Both the position numbers and the translations under genes were made by a program. A stretch of DNA of 64,000 nucleotides, taken from NCBI GenBank assembly GCA_964291405.2, contig OZ219926.1, forward strand, positions 1,280,001-1,344,000, in the 5' to 3' direction. Below, piece after piece: positions 1-9,448 of the stretch (its first letter is position 1; every line of letters starts with the position of its first letter). Source of the DNA: Thermodesulfobacteriota bacterium (lineage in GTDB: Bacteria; Desulfobacterota; Binatia; Bin18). The notes below the pieces were generated by a model. It made no database searches. It saw only the letters and a program-made list of their open reading frames with translations, and was not told the DNA's origin.

Positions 1-659
1 TCCTGATTCTGCAACGCGACTGGGGGCCGGGCTCGGAAGCGCGGCAGAATTCATGGCCGGACCATATGCCGCTGTTCCGGCAGGCGGTTCAGGACTTTTT
101 TGAAGCCACGGAGGATCTCGCGATTCAGATGATGCCCTTATATGCCTTGGCACTCGGGCTTGAGCACGACTTCTTTACGCAGAAGTTTCGCAAATATAAA
201 GCCCTCAACGCCCTGCGGGTTTCGTATATGCCGCCGGATAGGCTGGATGACGACGAGTTTCACGTCGGCCCGCATACGGACGGATCGTTCATGACTCTGC
301 TGGCAACATCGGATCAGCTCGGCTTGGAAATTCTGTCGCCGTCCGGGCAGTGGCTGAAGATGCCGCTCATTCCAGACGCCTTTGTGGTCAACTCGGGCGA
401 CCTGTTAACCCGCTGGTCCAACGGGCGGGTTCGTTCCACACCGCACCGTGTCATTAACACCTCGGGGGAGGACCGCTATTCGATCCCCCTCTTTGTGCAG
501 CCCACCGCGGACACGATCATTGATTGCCTGCCGACCTGCTGCAGCCCGGACAACCCGCCCCAAGAGCCGCCTATCGCCTGTGTCGATTACCTCCGGTGGT
601 TTATGGCAGAGAATTTTGCGCTGGGAGAGCGCAGCTACGATAGGCCGGAGTCGTCATAG
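1..659 (+). CDS. 2-oxoglutarate/Fe(II)-dependent oxygenase, isopenicillin N synthase-like (5'-truncated by window edge)
   Basis: HxD motif (GPHTDGSFMTLL), distal His (STPHRV) and RxS (RYSIP); the gene probably begins upstream of position 1. Confidence 0.85.
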   Translation, partial: LILQRDWGPGSEARQNSWPDHMPLFRQAVQDFFEATEDLAIQMMPLYALALGLEHDFFTQKFRKYKALNALRVSYMPPDRLDDDEFHVGPHTDGSFMTLLATSDQLGLEILSPSGQWLKMPLIPDAFVVNSGDLLTRWSNGRVRSTPHRVINTSGEDRYSIPLFVQPTADTIIDCLPTCCSPDNPPQEPPIACVDYLRWFMAENFALGERSYDRPESS

Positions 660-694
660 GTTTTTCAGGAAAGGAACAGACTGCATCTACCACC

Positions 695-1012
695 ATGACT
701 CACACTCCCATCGGACGACTACGCTTGGTCGGCATTGCAGAAGGTATTTCTTTTCTCATTCTCCTCGGCATTGCCATGCCGCTGAAATATGTATGGGGAC
801 AGCCGCTGGCGGTGCGAATTGTCGGTCTGATTCACGGCCTCCTGTTTCTCTGGTTTTGCGGCGTATTACTCAACGCAAAAGACGCGGCCGGCTGGGACCT
901 GAAAAAGGCCGGTCGGATTCTCGTTGCCGCACTGTTGCCTTTTGGCCCCTTTGTGATTGATAGAAGCTTACGCAGAGAAGATGAGACACTGAGAGCAAAA
1001 ACACCGACCTAG
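695..1012 (+). CDS. DUF3817 family small membrane protein
   Basis: RLRLVGIAEGISFLILLGIAMPLKY...G.IHG.LF...LLPFGPF pattern with three hydrophobic segments. Confidence 0.8.
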   Translation: MTHTPIGRLRLVGIAEGISFLILLGIAMPLKYVWGQPLAVRIVGLIHGLLFLWFCGVLLNAKDAAGWDLKKAGRILVAALLPFGPFVIDRSLRREDETLRAKTPT

Positions 1013-1026
1013 GAAAGGAGCAAGCC

Positions 1027-1893
1027 ATGCAAACAGTCAGCAAGGAGCATATTGTCCGCACCTTTGACGCGACCCATTCGCCCGCGGCCCGTGTCCAGCC
1101 GGGAGAAGTCTTTGTCATGGAAACCAACGATCGCTTCCGGGATTGGAACGACGGCGGCCGGTGGCCTATGGAGCAGTTGTCTGTGATGACCGGCCCGGTA
1201 TGGATCGAAGGCACCCAGCCCGGTCACACCCTGGCAATCGAAGTCCTGGATATTCAGCCTGCACTGGGGTTTGGCTATGTGGTGGCGATTCCGGGCTACG
1301 GGTTGCTCAAGGACCAGGTCGAGTTTTGCAAAAAGGTCGTGCCGATTGAGGGCAACCGTATTCGCTACAGCGATACAATCAGCCTGCCGTTTATTCCGAA
1401 TATCAGTAAGATTGGTCTTGCTCCTGCCGACGAAGCCCTACCGAGTAACGCGGTTGGCGCCTTTGGCGGCCAGCTCAGCAACAGCCAGCTTGGTGTCGGT
1501 TCCACCGTATTTTTGCCAGTAAGTGTCGAGGGTGGAATGCTGACCATCGAAGATGTGCATGCCCGGATGGGCGATGGCGAGGCAACGGCGTCGGCGGTTG
1601 AGATTGCCGCAGAGGTAACGCTGCGCTGTCGCGTCGCCCACGAGTTTCCGGTGCAGCGGCCGCTGGTGATCACGCGGGATGAGGTCCTCACCATGGGCGA
1701 CGGAGAGACGATGGAGGTCGCCGCACGTCAGGCCCTGGAAGACCTGTCCGGCCTCTTAGTAGATCGTGCCGGGGTCAACCCAACCGAGGCCGCCATGCTG
1801 GCCAGTGTGGCCGCCGACCTGCGCATTTCAGAAGTGGCAGGCTCTCCGTGCCATGTGCGGGCCGCAATAGATCGGGATATTCTTAATTTATAA
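1027..1893 (+). CDS. acetamidase/formamidase family protein
   Basis: TGPVWIEGTQPG, GSTVFLPVSVEGGML and DVHARMGDGE motifs; RBS aggag. Confidence 0.85.
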   Translation: MQTVSKEHIVRTFDATHSPAARVQPGEVFVMETNDRFRDWNDGGRWPMEQLSVMTGPVWIEGTQPGHTLAIEVLDIQPALGFGYVVAIPGYGLLKDQVEFCKKVVPIEGNRIRYSDTISLPFIPNISKIGLAPADEALPSNAVGAFGGQLSNSQLGVGSTVFLPVSVEGGMLTIEDVHARMGDGEATASAVEIAAEVTLRCRVAHEFPVQRPLVITRDEVLTMGDGETMEVAARQALEDLSGLLVDRAGVNPTEAAMLASVAADLRISEVAGSPCHVRAAIDRDILNL

Positions 1894-1914
1894 GTATTCT
1901 CCCCGGCGGCTTCC

Positions 1915-2220
1915 TTAGCCTTGGGGTGGTTTGAATGCCGGCGCCATCACGGCGCTGGCATTTGTCGTAATTGCCAGACGGATATCTTTGACCGGTTTGT
2001 ACTCCGGGTCGTCCATGAATTCCTGGATTGCCTGCTCGGAGGGGAATTTGAGCACTACCACACCTTGGGCGGGCTCACCCTGGAGCGGGGTTGCTTTAAA
2101 GTCGGCCACCACGACTTCGGCCTGATACTTTGCCAGAAAAGGTAACACTCCAGGGATGTACTCCTTCTGGTACCGATCTGGGTCCGTAATCGTCTGGGTC
2201 AAAATAAAATATGCTGACAT
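1915..2220 (-). CDS. DUF1330 family protein
   Basis: MSAYFI...ITDPDRY...VVVLKFPS...DPEYKPVKDIR; start moved to the ATG behind the aggagg RBS. Confidence 0.8.
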   Translation of the reverse strand: MSAYFILTQTITDPDRYQKEYIPGVLPFLAKYQAEVVVADFKATPLQGEPAQGVVVLKFPSEQAIQEFMDDPEYKPVKDIRLAITTNASAVMAPAFKPPQG

Positions 2221-2242
2221 CGTTATCCTCCTTGAACGGTAT

Positions 2243-2857
2243 TTACTGTTTTGGGGCCTGCCCGAACGATCCGCTACCGGAGTCCAGAAACGCCTGCTCT
2301 TCCGGCGTGGACGTTCGTCCGAGCAGGGCATTGCGGTGCGGGAAGCGACCGAAGCGCTGAATAATAGACAGATGCTTTCGGGCCGAGCCTTGAAAATCCT
2401 CGATCAGTGCTACCCACTCCGCGGGAGCAGTCGCCAGCACGGCATCTCCCCGACGCACCGCTTCCTCCTGGAGTGCCAGGTCCTCGGCGTGCTGGAACGG
2501 CATCAAACAAAATAGTTGCTCCAGCACGCTCAAAGAAGCATAAAAGGATCGCTCAAAACCTCGCCTGGCGACGTGTTGCGCTAACGGATCAGCCGCAAAG
2601 GCTGCGGCCGTGCCGCGGTAGAGATTCCGCGGCAGTTGGTCGAGGGCGATAATCAGCGCCAGCCATCCGCGGGGACGAGATTCCCAGGACGCCAATCCGC
2701 CGGACTGGGCCTGCCTGACGAGATCGGAAAAGCGGGTTCGGATGACGGCATCGGTTTCGGGGGTGGCCTGAAACCAAAAAAGATAGCGCTCTTCGGCCTT
2801 GCGCGCGTCTGAAGCCGCATCGGCGAACCAGAACTGAAGCAGCTGTTCGGGATCCAT
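2243..2857 (-). CDS. DUF924 family protein
   Basis: LLQFWF, LDQLPRNLYRGT, MPFQHAED and IIQRFGRFPHRN motifs. Confidence 0.9.
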   Translation of the reverse strand: MDPEQLLQFWFADAASDARKAEERYLFWFQATPETDAVIRTRFSDLVRQAQSGGLASWESRPRGWLALIIALDQLPRNLYRGTAAAFAADPLAQHVARRGFERSFYASLSVLEQLFCLMPFQHAEDLALQEEAVRRGDAVLATAPAEWVALIEDFQGSARKHLSIIQRFGRFPHRNALLGRTSTPEEQAFLDSGSGSFGQAPKQ

Positions 2858-2868
2858 AGGCGGCCGGA

Positions 2869-3531
2869 TTATCCGCTTGGCTGGAGAACTCTGACGTTCT
2901 CCCCGTCCTGAACGAGAACGGTAGGGGCCATCCCCACAAACAGCCCCGAGTCAACAACGCCGGGAATCGAGAGGATGTCTTGTTCAAATTGGGCGAGGGC
3001 TGTAATCGTGCTGATCGCACAGTCAATAATAGCGTTACCGTTATCAGAGAGGAACACTCCAAAGTCAGTCTGGCGAGGTAGTGGGTCGCAGGACAACGCC
3101 CGGAGGTGGCGACAGCACGTCGTCACCCCAAACGGCACGACTTCAACCGGCAGCCGGCCGCGCTCTCCGAGCACAGACACCAGCTTTTCAGTCCCCACCA
3201 GAACAATGAATTTTCGGGCCGCGGCAGCCACGATCTTTTCGCGGACCAGGGCACCGCCGTAGCCTTTGATGAGGTTCAGGGCGGGATCAACCTCATCCGC
3301 ACCATCGACGGCAATATCAATACTCTCGACGGCATCAACCGTTGTGAGGGGAATACCAAGCTCCTGGGCGAGAGCCCTCGTTCCGTGGGATGTCGGGATC
3401 CCGCGGATATGTAAGCCAGCCTGTACCCGAGCGCCAAGCGCACGCACGAAGGCGCTCGCGGCCCGGCCCGTGCCCAGGCCGACAACATCTCCATCTTTCA
3501 CAAATTCGAGAGCACGTTCAGCGATGGTCAT
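2869..3531 (-). CDS. rpiA: ribose-5-phosphate isomerase A
   Basis: GLGTG, DGADEVD, LIKGYGGALVREKIVA and SDNGNAI motifs. Confidence 0.95.
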   Translation of the reverse strand: MTIAERALEFVKDGDVVGLGTGRAASAFVRALGARVQAGLHIRGIPTSHGTRALAQELGIPLTTVDAVESIDIAVDGADEVDPALNLIKGYGGALVREKIVAAAARKFIVLVGTEKLVSVLGERGRLPVEVVPFGVTTCCRHLRALSCDPLPRQTDFGVFLSDNGNAIIDCAISTITALAQFEQDILSIPGVVDSGLFVGMAPTVLVQDGENVRVLQPSG

Positions 3532-3560
3532 GCCTTGCTCTGCTATATCAGGAGAGACAT

Positions 3561-6422
3561 CTAGGCCAGGGCCTGGGTGATTGTCTCGCGCAAGGTTCGC
3601 AAGCCGGCCGGTACGTCCGACCCGAGGTGTACGCGCAGCACTCGCCGCCCCCGTTCGGCCAGCACCGCAAAGTCTCCCTGGGCCTGGAAGGATTTCAGCG
3701 TGCCAAAACTATAGCGATGGCCGGGAATGTCCAGATCCTCGGCGTCGTCTGACGTAATCTGTAGAAAAATGCCGGAGTTGGGGCCACCCTTATGCAGTTG
3801 GCCGGTGGAGTGCAGGAAGCGCGGACCAAAACCGAGGGTGGTGGCCACTTTCTTCGCGTCCCGTACGGTGCGGCGCAGGGCTTGCAACTCGGCGCAGGTT
3901 TCCTCGTTCATTTCAATATAGGCGTTGATGGCAAAATAATCGCCTGTCTGAAGCAGTCCGAGATGCGCACTGAGCAACGCCACCGCGTCCCGGCCGGCTG
4001 CCGCCTGGAGCGCTTTGGCGTTTCCTGAATCCGAGAAGAAGCGCAGGTCCCGGTCTTCTAGAAACGGCGTCTCGTCCGGCACCTGGCCGGTCTCTTCAAA
4101 CGCTGCGGTCAGCTGTCGGGTTGCCCTTTTACTGGCTTCCACGTCGGGCTGGTTAAACGCGTGAACCCCGAGCATGGCGCTGGCTACAGCCGTCGCCATT
4201 TCCCAGCGGAAAAATTCCTGACCAAGGCTGAGTGTATCTTCGAGGCTGATACGCACCACCGGCTGGCCAGCTTTTTCGAGCGCGTCCACGGCCGTATCCT
4301 GTTCGTCTGAAGGCGCGCTGTTGAGTCGAATATAGATAAAGAGCCGATCCTGCCCATAGACCTCGGGTGCGCCCAGAGGCTCTGCGTCAATCGGAATAAG
4401 CCCGTGCCCCTCCTTGCCGGTCGATTCGGCGATGAGTTGCTCCAGCCACGCGCCTAAGGCGTCGATGCCCGGCGAGGTCACGAGCGTCACCTTGTCTCGA
4501 CCGTGTTGCGCCAGGGTGCCCATAATCGTTCCCAGCGTGACACCGGGATTGACCTCGGGCGGCACACTCGCCGAGCAGGCCTGAACCATCAGGGTGGAGC
4601 GGTCCAGGAAACGTTGGACATCGATGCCCATCAGGGCGGCCGGGACCATGCCAAAATTCGATAGGGCGGAATACCGGCCGCCAATGCTTGACACCCCCGG
4701 AAAGATGGAGCGGAACTGGTGGTGTTCGGCGAGCTGTTGGAGCGGGCTGGCGGGGTCAGTAATGGCGATAAACCGCGAGCCGGCCTTGTCCGTGCCAATG
4801 GCCTGGGCAACTCGATCAAAGAAATATTGCGTAAAGGCATTCGGCTCGGTCGTCCCACCCGATTTTGAGGAGACGATAAACAGCGTCTTCCTAGAGTCGA
4901 TCTTTTGCGCACAGGCTCTGACTTGAGCCGGCACAGTCGAGTCGAGAACGAGGAGTTCGGGGTGACCGTCGATCACGCCAAAGGTGCGTTTCAAGACCTC
5001 CGGGCATAAACTCGACCCACCCATGCCAAGCAAGAGAATATACTGAAAGTCGTCGGCCTTGATCTCTTCGGCGAGCTGAGTGAGGGGGCGGATGTTCGTT
5101 CGCTGCGCCTCCACAATATCGAGCCAGCCAAGCCACTGATCCTCATCCTTGCCTGACCAGAGCTTAGGGTCCTTCTGCCATAAGCGCCGGACTTTCCCCT
5201 GTGTCCGCCATTCTTTCAGGCTGGCTTCAATGAGAGTGGAAGCGCCATCCAGACTATACGTCTGCTGGGAAAGCTCACTGCCCAGCATGGTCTGGCGCTT
5301 ACGCTCTATTGAACTGAGCAGAGTGTCGAACGGGTCAACGAATTTGCGTACGCCTTCATCCAAGAGTTGGTCGGTTGCAGCGTGCAGAGACACCCCGACC
5401 TCGGCCAGGGTACGGATGATGGTCCGTGCGTCTTCTAGGTTTTCTTCCCAATTAGTGGTCAGCCTTGGCTCGGCCCGACCTCCATCCCGAAAGGCCGTAA
5501 AGGTTTCGCCCGGTATGGTATTAACGGTGTCCGGGCCAATCAGTTCATCAACATAGAGCGTTTTGGAATAGTGCGGATTTTTCGTACTCGTGCTGGCCCA
5601 TAAGAGGCGTTGCGGGCGGGCACCGTTTGCTTCGAGGGCACGCCAGCGTTCACTGGCCATCAGGTTTTTATACGTCGCGTAGGCAATTTTTGCGTTCGCA
5701 ATGGCGACTTTCCCGAGCAGGCGCTCGATCTTGGCCTTTTGCTCGGCGCTGTCTGCGGCCTCAATAGCCTGGCCGAGTTTTTCGTCGATCAGAGTGTCGA
5801 TACGACTGATAAAAAAGCTGGCGACACTCGCCACCGTACTCAGGTCTCCACCCTTTTGAGCGAGCTGCTCCAAGCCGTCCAAATATGCCTCGGCAACCGC
5901 CTCATACGCCTCGACCGCAAAGAGCAGGGTCACATTGATATTGATCCCCTCACCGATCAACCGGGCGATGGCCGGAACGCCGGCCTGGGTGGCCGGCACC
6001 TTAATCATGACGTTGGCCCGATCGACCATTGTGTACAGGCGACGGGCTTCTTCGAGGGTCCCTTGGGTGTCATGGGCCAGATAGGGAGAGACTTCAAGGC
6101 TGACATAGCCGTCTTTGCCCTCGGTTTTTCGGTAGACCTCAGACAACACGTCCGCGGCCATCCGGATGTCCTGAAGCGCCAGACGCTCATACACGTCTAT
6201 GGCCGACCCGACCCCCTGTTCGACCAGGGCCTGCATGGGTTGATCGTAATCGGAACTGCCCGTCAGCGCCTTCTCAAAAATAGCCGGATTCGACGTCATG
6301 CCCAGGAGGCCGTCATGATCGACCATGGCCTGGAGATCACCAGAAGTGATCAGACTGCGGTGGATATTGTCATACCAGATGCTTTGACCCAATTGCTGGA
6401 CAGCAACTAATGGATTCTCCAT
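3561..6422 (-). CDS. tal-pgi: bifunctional transaldolase / phosphoglucose isomerase
   Basis: N-terminal GQSIWYD, TSNPAIF, VMIKVPAT and LWASTSTKNP; C-terminal GMGGSSL, SSKSGGTTE, IGGRYS, FNQPDVE and HSTGQLHKGG. Confidence 0.93.
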   Translation of the reverse strand: MENPLVAVQQLGQSIWYDNIHRSLITSGDLQAMVDHDGLLGMTSNPAIFEKALTGSSDYDQPMQALVEQGVGSAIDVYERLALQDIRMAADVLSEVYRKTEGKDGYVSLEVSPYLAHDTQGTLEEARRLYTMVDRANVMIKVPATQAGVPAIARLIGEGININVTLLFAVEAYEAVAEAYLDGLEQLAQKGGDLSTVASVASFFISRIDTLIDEKLGQAIEAADSAEQKAKIERLLGKVAIANAKIAYATYKNLMASERWRALEANGARPQRLLWASTSTKNPHYSKTLYVDELIGPDTVNTIPGETFTAFRDGGRAEPRLTTNWEENLEDARTIIRTLAEVGVSLHAATDQLLDEGVRKFVDPFDTLLSSIERKRQTMLGSELSQQTYSLDGASTLIEASLKEWRTQGKVRRLWQKDPKLWSGKDEDQWLGWLDIVEAQRTNIRPLTQLAEEIKADDFQYILLLGMGGSSLCPEVLKRTFGVIDGHPELLVLDSTVPAQVRACAQKIDSRKTLFIVSSKSGGTTEPNAFTQYFFDRVAQAIGTDKAGSRFIAITDPASPLQQLAEHHQFRSIFPGVSSIGGRYSALSNFGMVPAALMGIDVQRFLDRSTLMVQACSASVPPEVNPGVTLGTIMGTLAQHGRDKVTLVTSPGIDALGAWLEQLIAESTGKEGHGLIPIDAEPLGAPEVYGQDRLFIYIRLNSAPSDEQDTAVDALEKAGQPVVRISLEDTLSLGQEFFRWEMATAVASAMLGVHAFNQPDVEASKRATRQLTAAFEETGQVPDETPFLEDRDLRFFSDSGNAKALQAAAGRDAVALLSAHLGLLQTGDYFAINAYIEMNEETCAELQALRRTVRDAKKVATTLGFGPRFLHSTGQLHKGGPNSGIFLQITSDDAEDLDIPGHRYSFGTLKSFQAQGDFAVLAERGRRVLRVHLGSDVPAGLRTLRETITQALA

Positions 6423-6594
6423 GCTCTTCCTCGTCCTTCCCCCTCACCCCAGGCACTCATTCCTACCGGGTAGGGTCTGATATGGCATCAGCGATCTGCA
6501 CGACCCACCCTCTTCTAGCATAGCTCCTTTCTTGGCGGCAAAGGGGGCGGATTTGAGCAGCGAGCGTCGGCAGGCTATCCGCACTTACAGGGGC

Positions 6595-7119
6595 TCAGTC
6601 GGGAATATCGGATTGCGCGCCCGCGGCCTGGGCGAGCCGGCCTTCTTGCTGAGAGACGGCCTGGGGACGGTCGCGCTCTGCATCGACGATGCAGAAAAAC
6701 CCAAAGGGCTCCTCGCCATCAGCCAGAAATTGATGGGGGGTCCAGGGAGCAACGTACACGGTATCAAGCGCCTGCATCTCCCAGGCTTGATCGTTCAGTA
6801 TGACCCGCCCCTGCCCGCGCACGGCAATCACCACATGCGCGTGGGCATGTTTCTCCAAGCTGGAGTAGCCGCCCGGTTCGATCTCAAAATAGCGCAGATG
6901 AAAGCCGGTCTCTTCGGCCTGTTTACCGACCAGAACCTGACGGACAATGCTTTTCCACTCTCGTCCCGCTTCCTGGCCCTGCTTGTAGGCCTCACATTCG
7001 ACCTCGGACCAAGTGTACGGGTCATGGTCTTTTTGCGCCCGGATGAGACGACTTTTGGGAGCGGACGCCGCCCCCCTTTTCCCTTGTGGGGGCTGCCGAG
7101 TAAAACGAGGCGGGGGCAA
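6595..7119 (-). CDS. cupin domain protein (methylsulfurylase-like family)
   Basis: LRYFEIEPGGYSSLEKHAHAHVV...PHQF...GFFCIVDAERDRP; the start may be slightly downstream. Confidence 0.8.
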   Translation of the reverse strand: MPPPRFTRQPPQGKRGAASAPKSRLIRAQKDHDPYTWSEVECEAYKQGQEAGREWKSIVRQVLVGKQAEETGFHLRYFEIEPGGYSSLEKHAHAHVVIAVRGQGRVILNDQAWEMQALDTVYVAPWTPHQFLADGEEPFGFFCIVDAERDRPQAVSQQEGRLAQAAGAQSDIPD

Positions 7120-7130
7120 AATGGCCTTCC

Positions 7131-8174
7131 TTAGGCAAACTCAATGATCGTCTTGAGTGAGTCTCGCGCTTCAGCCGCGTTGCGATAGGCCGCGTGGAGT
7201 TGATCGAACGGGAAACGATGGGTGATGAATTTCTCGGCCGTAATGACGCCGTCCTGAACCAGCCGAAGCGCTTCGCGGGTATCGTTCGGTCCGCAGGAAT
7301 AGCTGGGGATCAGGCGGACTTCGTTAAAATACAGATCGTTGGGCGAGAGGGTCAGCGTGTCGTCCGGTTTACTGGCCGTAAACAGCACCACGGTTCCGCC
7401 TTTGGCCGCACAGCGCAGACCCAGTTGCATGGCTTCGATCGAACCCGGTCCGACAATGACGATCTCGGCCATCTCGCCCTGGGTATATTCCCGCAGCGCG
7501 TCCTCGATATTGCCATCTTTCACCTCGTGCGGATTCAGCGTGAGATCGGCGCCGAGTTCACGCGCCTTTGTACAGCGGTATGGGACTAAATCGGTTCCAA
7601 TAATGGACCGCGCTTCGGCGTGTTTTGCCAGGGCGACGTGCAACTGCCCCATGATACCGAGTCCGATCACAAAGACACTGTCGCCGGCCTGAAACCCCGA
7701 GCGCCGTAGGGACTTGACCGCGCAGGCCGTGGGTTCGACTAAAGAGCCGTCGGCAAACGACATCTTCTCAGGCAGGCGTAAAGTATCACCGGATAAATTA
7801 TCCTTGGGCACTACGAAGTATTCAGCCATTCCACCCGGAACAATCTTTGTTGCCCGCCACGTTGGACATTGGACAAACTCGCCGCGTTGACACGCCCGGC
7901 ACGAAAAACATGGGGCGTGATGATGGACGAACACCCGGTCGCCGGCCCGAAAGTCCTCTACTCCCTCGCCGATTTCAACGATTTCACCCGCGGGTTCATG
8001 CCCAAACACCAGCGGGGCTTTTTTCTTCATATACCAACCCATCACATCGCCCGAACAAATCCCGCACGTCCGCGTCTTCACCAGCGCCTCGCCCGGTCCA
8101 ACAGCGGGGATAGGGTCGTCTTCAAAACGAATATCGGTTGAGTCATACAAACGGGCAACTTTCATAGTGAACAT
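7131..8174 (-). CDS. Zn-dependent (MDR) polyol/sorbitol-type dehydrogenase
   Basis: CGICSGD, GHEPAG, structural Zn site CFSCRAC...C and GLGIMG; start at MFTMK or MK. Confidence 0.9.
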   Translation of the reverse strand: MFTMKVARLYDSTDIRFEDDPIPAVGPGEALVKTRTCGICSGDVMGWYMKKKAPLVFGHEPAGEIVEIGEGVEDFRAGDRVFVHHHAPCFSCRACQRGEFVQCPTWRATKIVPGGMAEYFVVPKDNLSGDTLRLPEKMSFADGSLVEPTACAVKSLRRSGFQAGDSVFVIGLGIMGQLHVALAKHAEARSIIGTDLVPYRCTKARELGADLTLNPHEVKDGNIEDALREYTQGEMAEIVIVGPGSIEAMQLGLRCAAKGGTVVLFTASKPDDTLTLSPNDLYFNEVRLIPSYSCGPNDTREALRLVQDGVITAEKFITHRFPFDQLHAAYRNAAEARDSLKTIIEFA

Positions 8175-8381
8175 AATGTGGGGAGTTTCCTTTCTGCCGA
8201 GTGGACCTGGACCATTATGCCAGGATGGGAATTCCCGGCAAGCCGGACGGAGTTCTTGCGACAATCCTGCGCCGTCGAGTTTGTCATAACAACAAGATGA
8301 GGCAGGGAAGGTTCTTTTCGGCCGCTCTTTTATATGGATAAAAATAGCTATAAAAATATATATTAGAGCGCAGGAGGAAAT

Positions 8382-8612
8382 ATGAAGACTGTTCAGATGA
8401 CATTGGATGAGGATTTAGTCAAAGCCGTGGATAAAACCGCTCGGAAATTACGAACCTCCCGCTCTGCATTTACCCGTGCAGCGCTACGTGCAGCCTTAAC
8501 GAGAATCAGTGAGGAAGAGCGAGAAAAAAAGCAACGGGCAGGGTATCAGCACAAGCCTGTCCGGAAGGGAGAGTTTGATATTTGGGAAAATGAACAAGTC
8601 TGGGGCGAATGA
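8382..8612 (+). CDS. ribbon-helix-helix antitoxin (CopG/MazE-like)
   Basis: MKTVQMTLDEDL...SRSAFTRAAL; aggagg RBS; overlaps the toxin start. Confidence 0.85.
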   Translation: MKTVQMTLDEDLVKAVDKTARKLRTSRSAFTRAALRAALTRISEEEREKKQRAGYQHKPVRKGEFDIWENEQVWGE

Positions 8613-8923
8613 TGCAACATGGGGAAGTCCGTTGGTATAAATTCGCGCGGCCAGACAAGAGGAGGCCGGTTGTCATCCTGACCAGGGATTCCGCACTAGA
8701 GTTTCTCGGAGAAGTCACCGTCGCCCCAATTACCACGACGATCAGAGATATTCCTTCAGAGGTTGCCCTCTCCCAAATGGACGGAATGCCGCGAGAATGC
8801 GCTGTGAATCTCGATCATATACAGACTGTGGCAAAAGCGAAGATCGGCCCGGCTATCACAACATTAAATAGGAATCGGCTGACCGAGATTCGCGCGGCCC
8901 TGCTGTTTGCGTTGGGCTTTTAA
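8609..8923 (+). CDS. PemK/MazF family toxin
   Basis: KRRPVVILT, VAPITT, AVNLDHIQTV motifs. Confidence 0.92.
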   Translation: MMQHGEVRWYKFARPDKRRPVVILTRDSALEFLGEVTVAPITTTIRDIPSEVALSQMDGMPRECAVNLDHIQTVAKAKIGPAITTLNRNRLTEIRAALLFALGF

Positions 8924-8931
8924 GCGAATGG

Positions 8932-9402
8932 CTACGGCCCACCTGTCACATAGGCCGCGAGGTTGATCGGGCCGAGCGGAGCGGCCAGAGCGGCAAGGCG
9001 GGTCATTTCCTGACGGAAGCGCGGGCCATGGTGCACATTGGTCGCTATATGGGCCATTTCGTGGAGCAGGATGCCTTCCCCTTTGGGGAAAGGAAAAGCC
9101 TCTAGCAAAATTCGGCGTCGTTTCTTGTCGCAGTAGCCGGCTATGTATTTGCTCATTGCGGCAGGTGTCCCAGGGACAATGAGCGGGTCATGGAGCGTGA
9201 CGCGGTATGGGGGCAGCGCATTGGCGAAGTACTGGCGGTTGAAATACTCGAAGTGGCGCTGGTACTGCTCCTGCCACTCGGCGAGCTGGGCGGCGGTGGC
9301 TCTATGGCGCTTGCGATCTTTCCAGGTGGAAAGAGTGGAGCGAGCGGCTCCCATGTATTTTCTCCTGTCGTGGTCTGAAGTTGTATAGAGGGAAGGAAAC
9401 AC
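8932..9402 (-). CDS. SprT-like zinc metallopeptidase domain protein
   Basis: FNRQYF..LP, LLHEMAH (HExxH) and HHGPRF. Confidence 0.65.
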   Translation of the reverse strand: MFPSLYTTSDHDRRKYMGAARSTLSTWKDRKRHRATAAQLAEWQEQYQRHFEYFNRQYFANALPPYRVTLHDPLIVPGTPAAMSKYIAGYCDKKRRRILLEAFPFPKGEGILLHEMAHIATNVHHGPRFRQEMTRLAALAAPLGPINLAAYVTGGP

Positions 9403-9448
9403 TCTCCCCTATTTAGGGAAAGAGAAACAAGATGTGGGCAGGAAGAGC

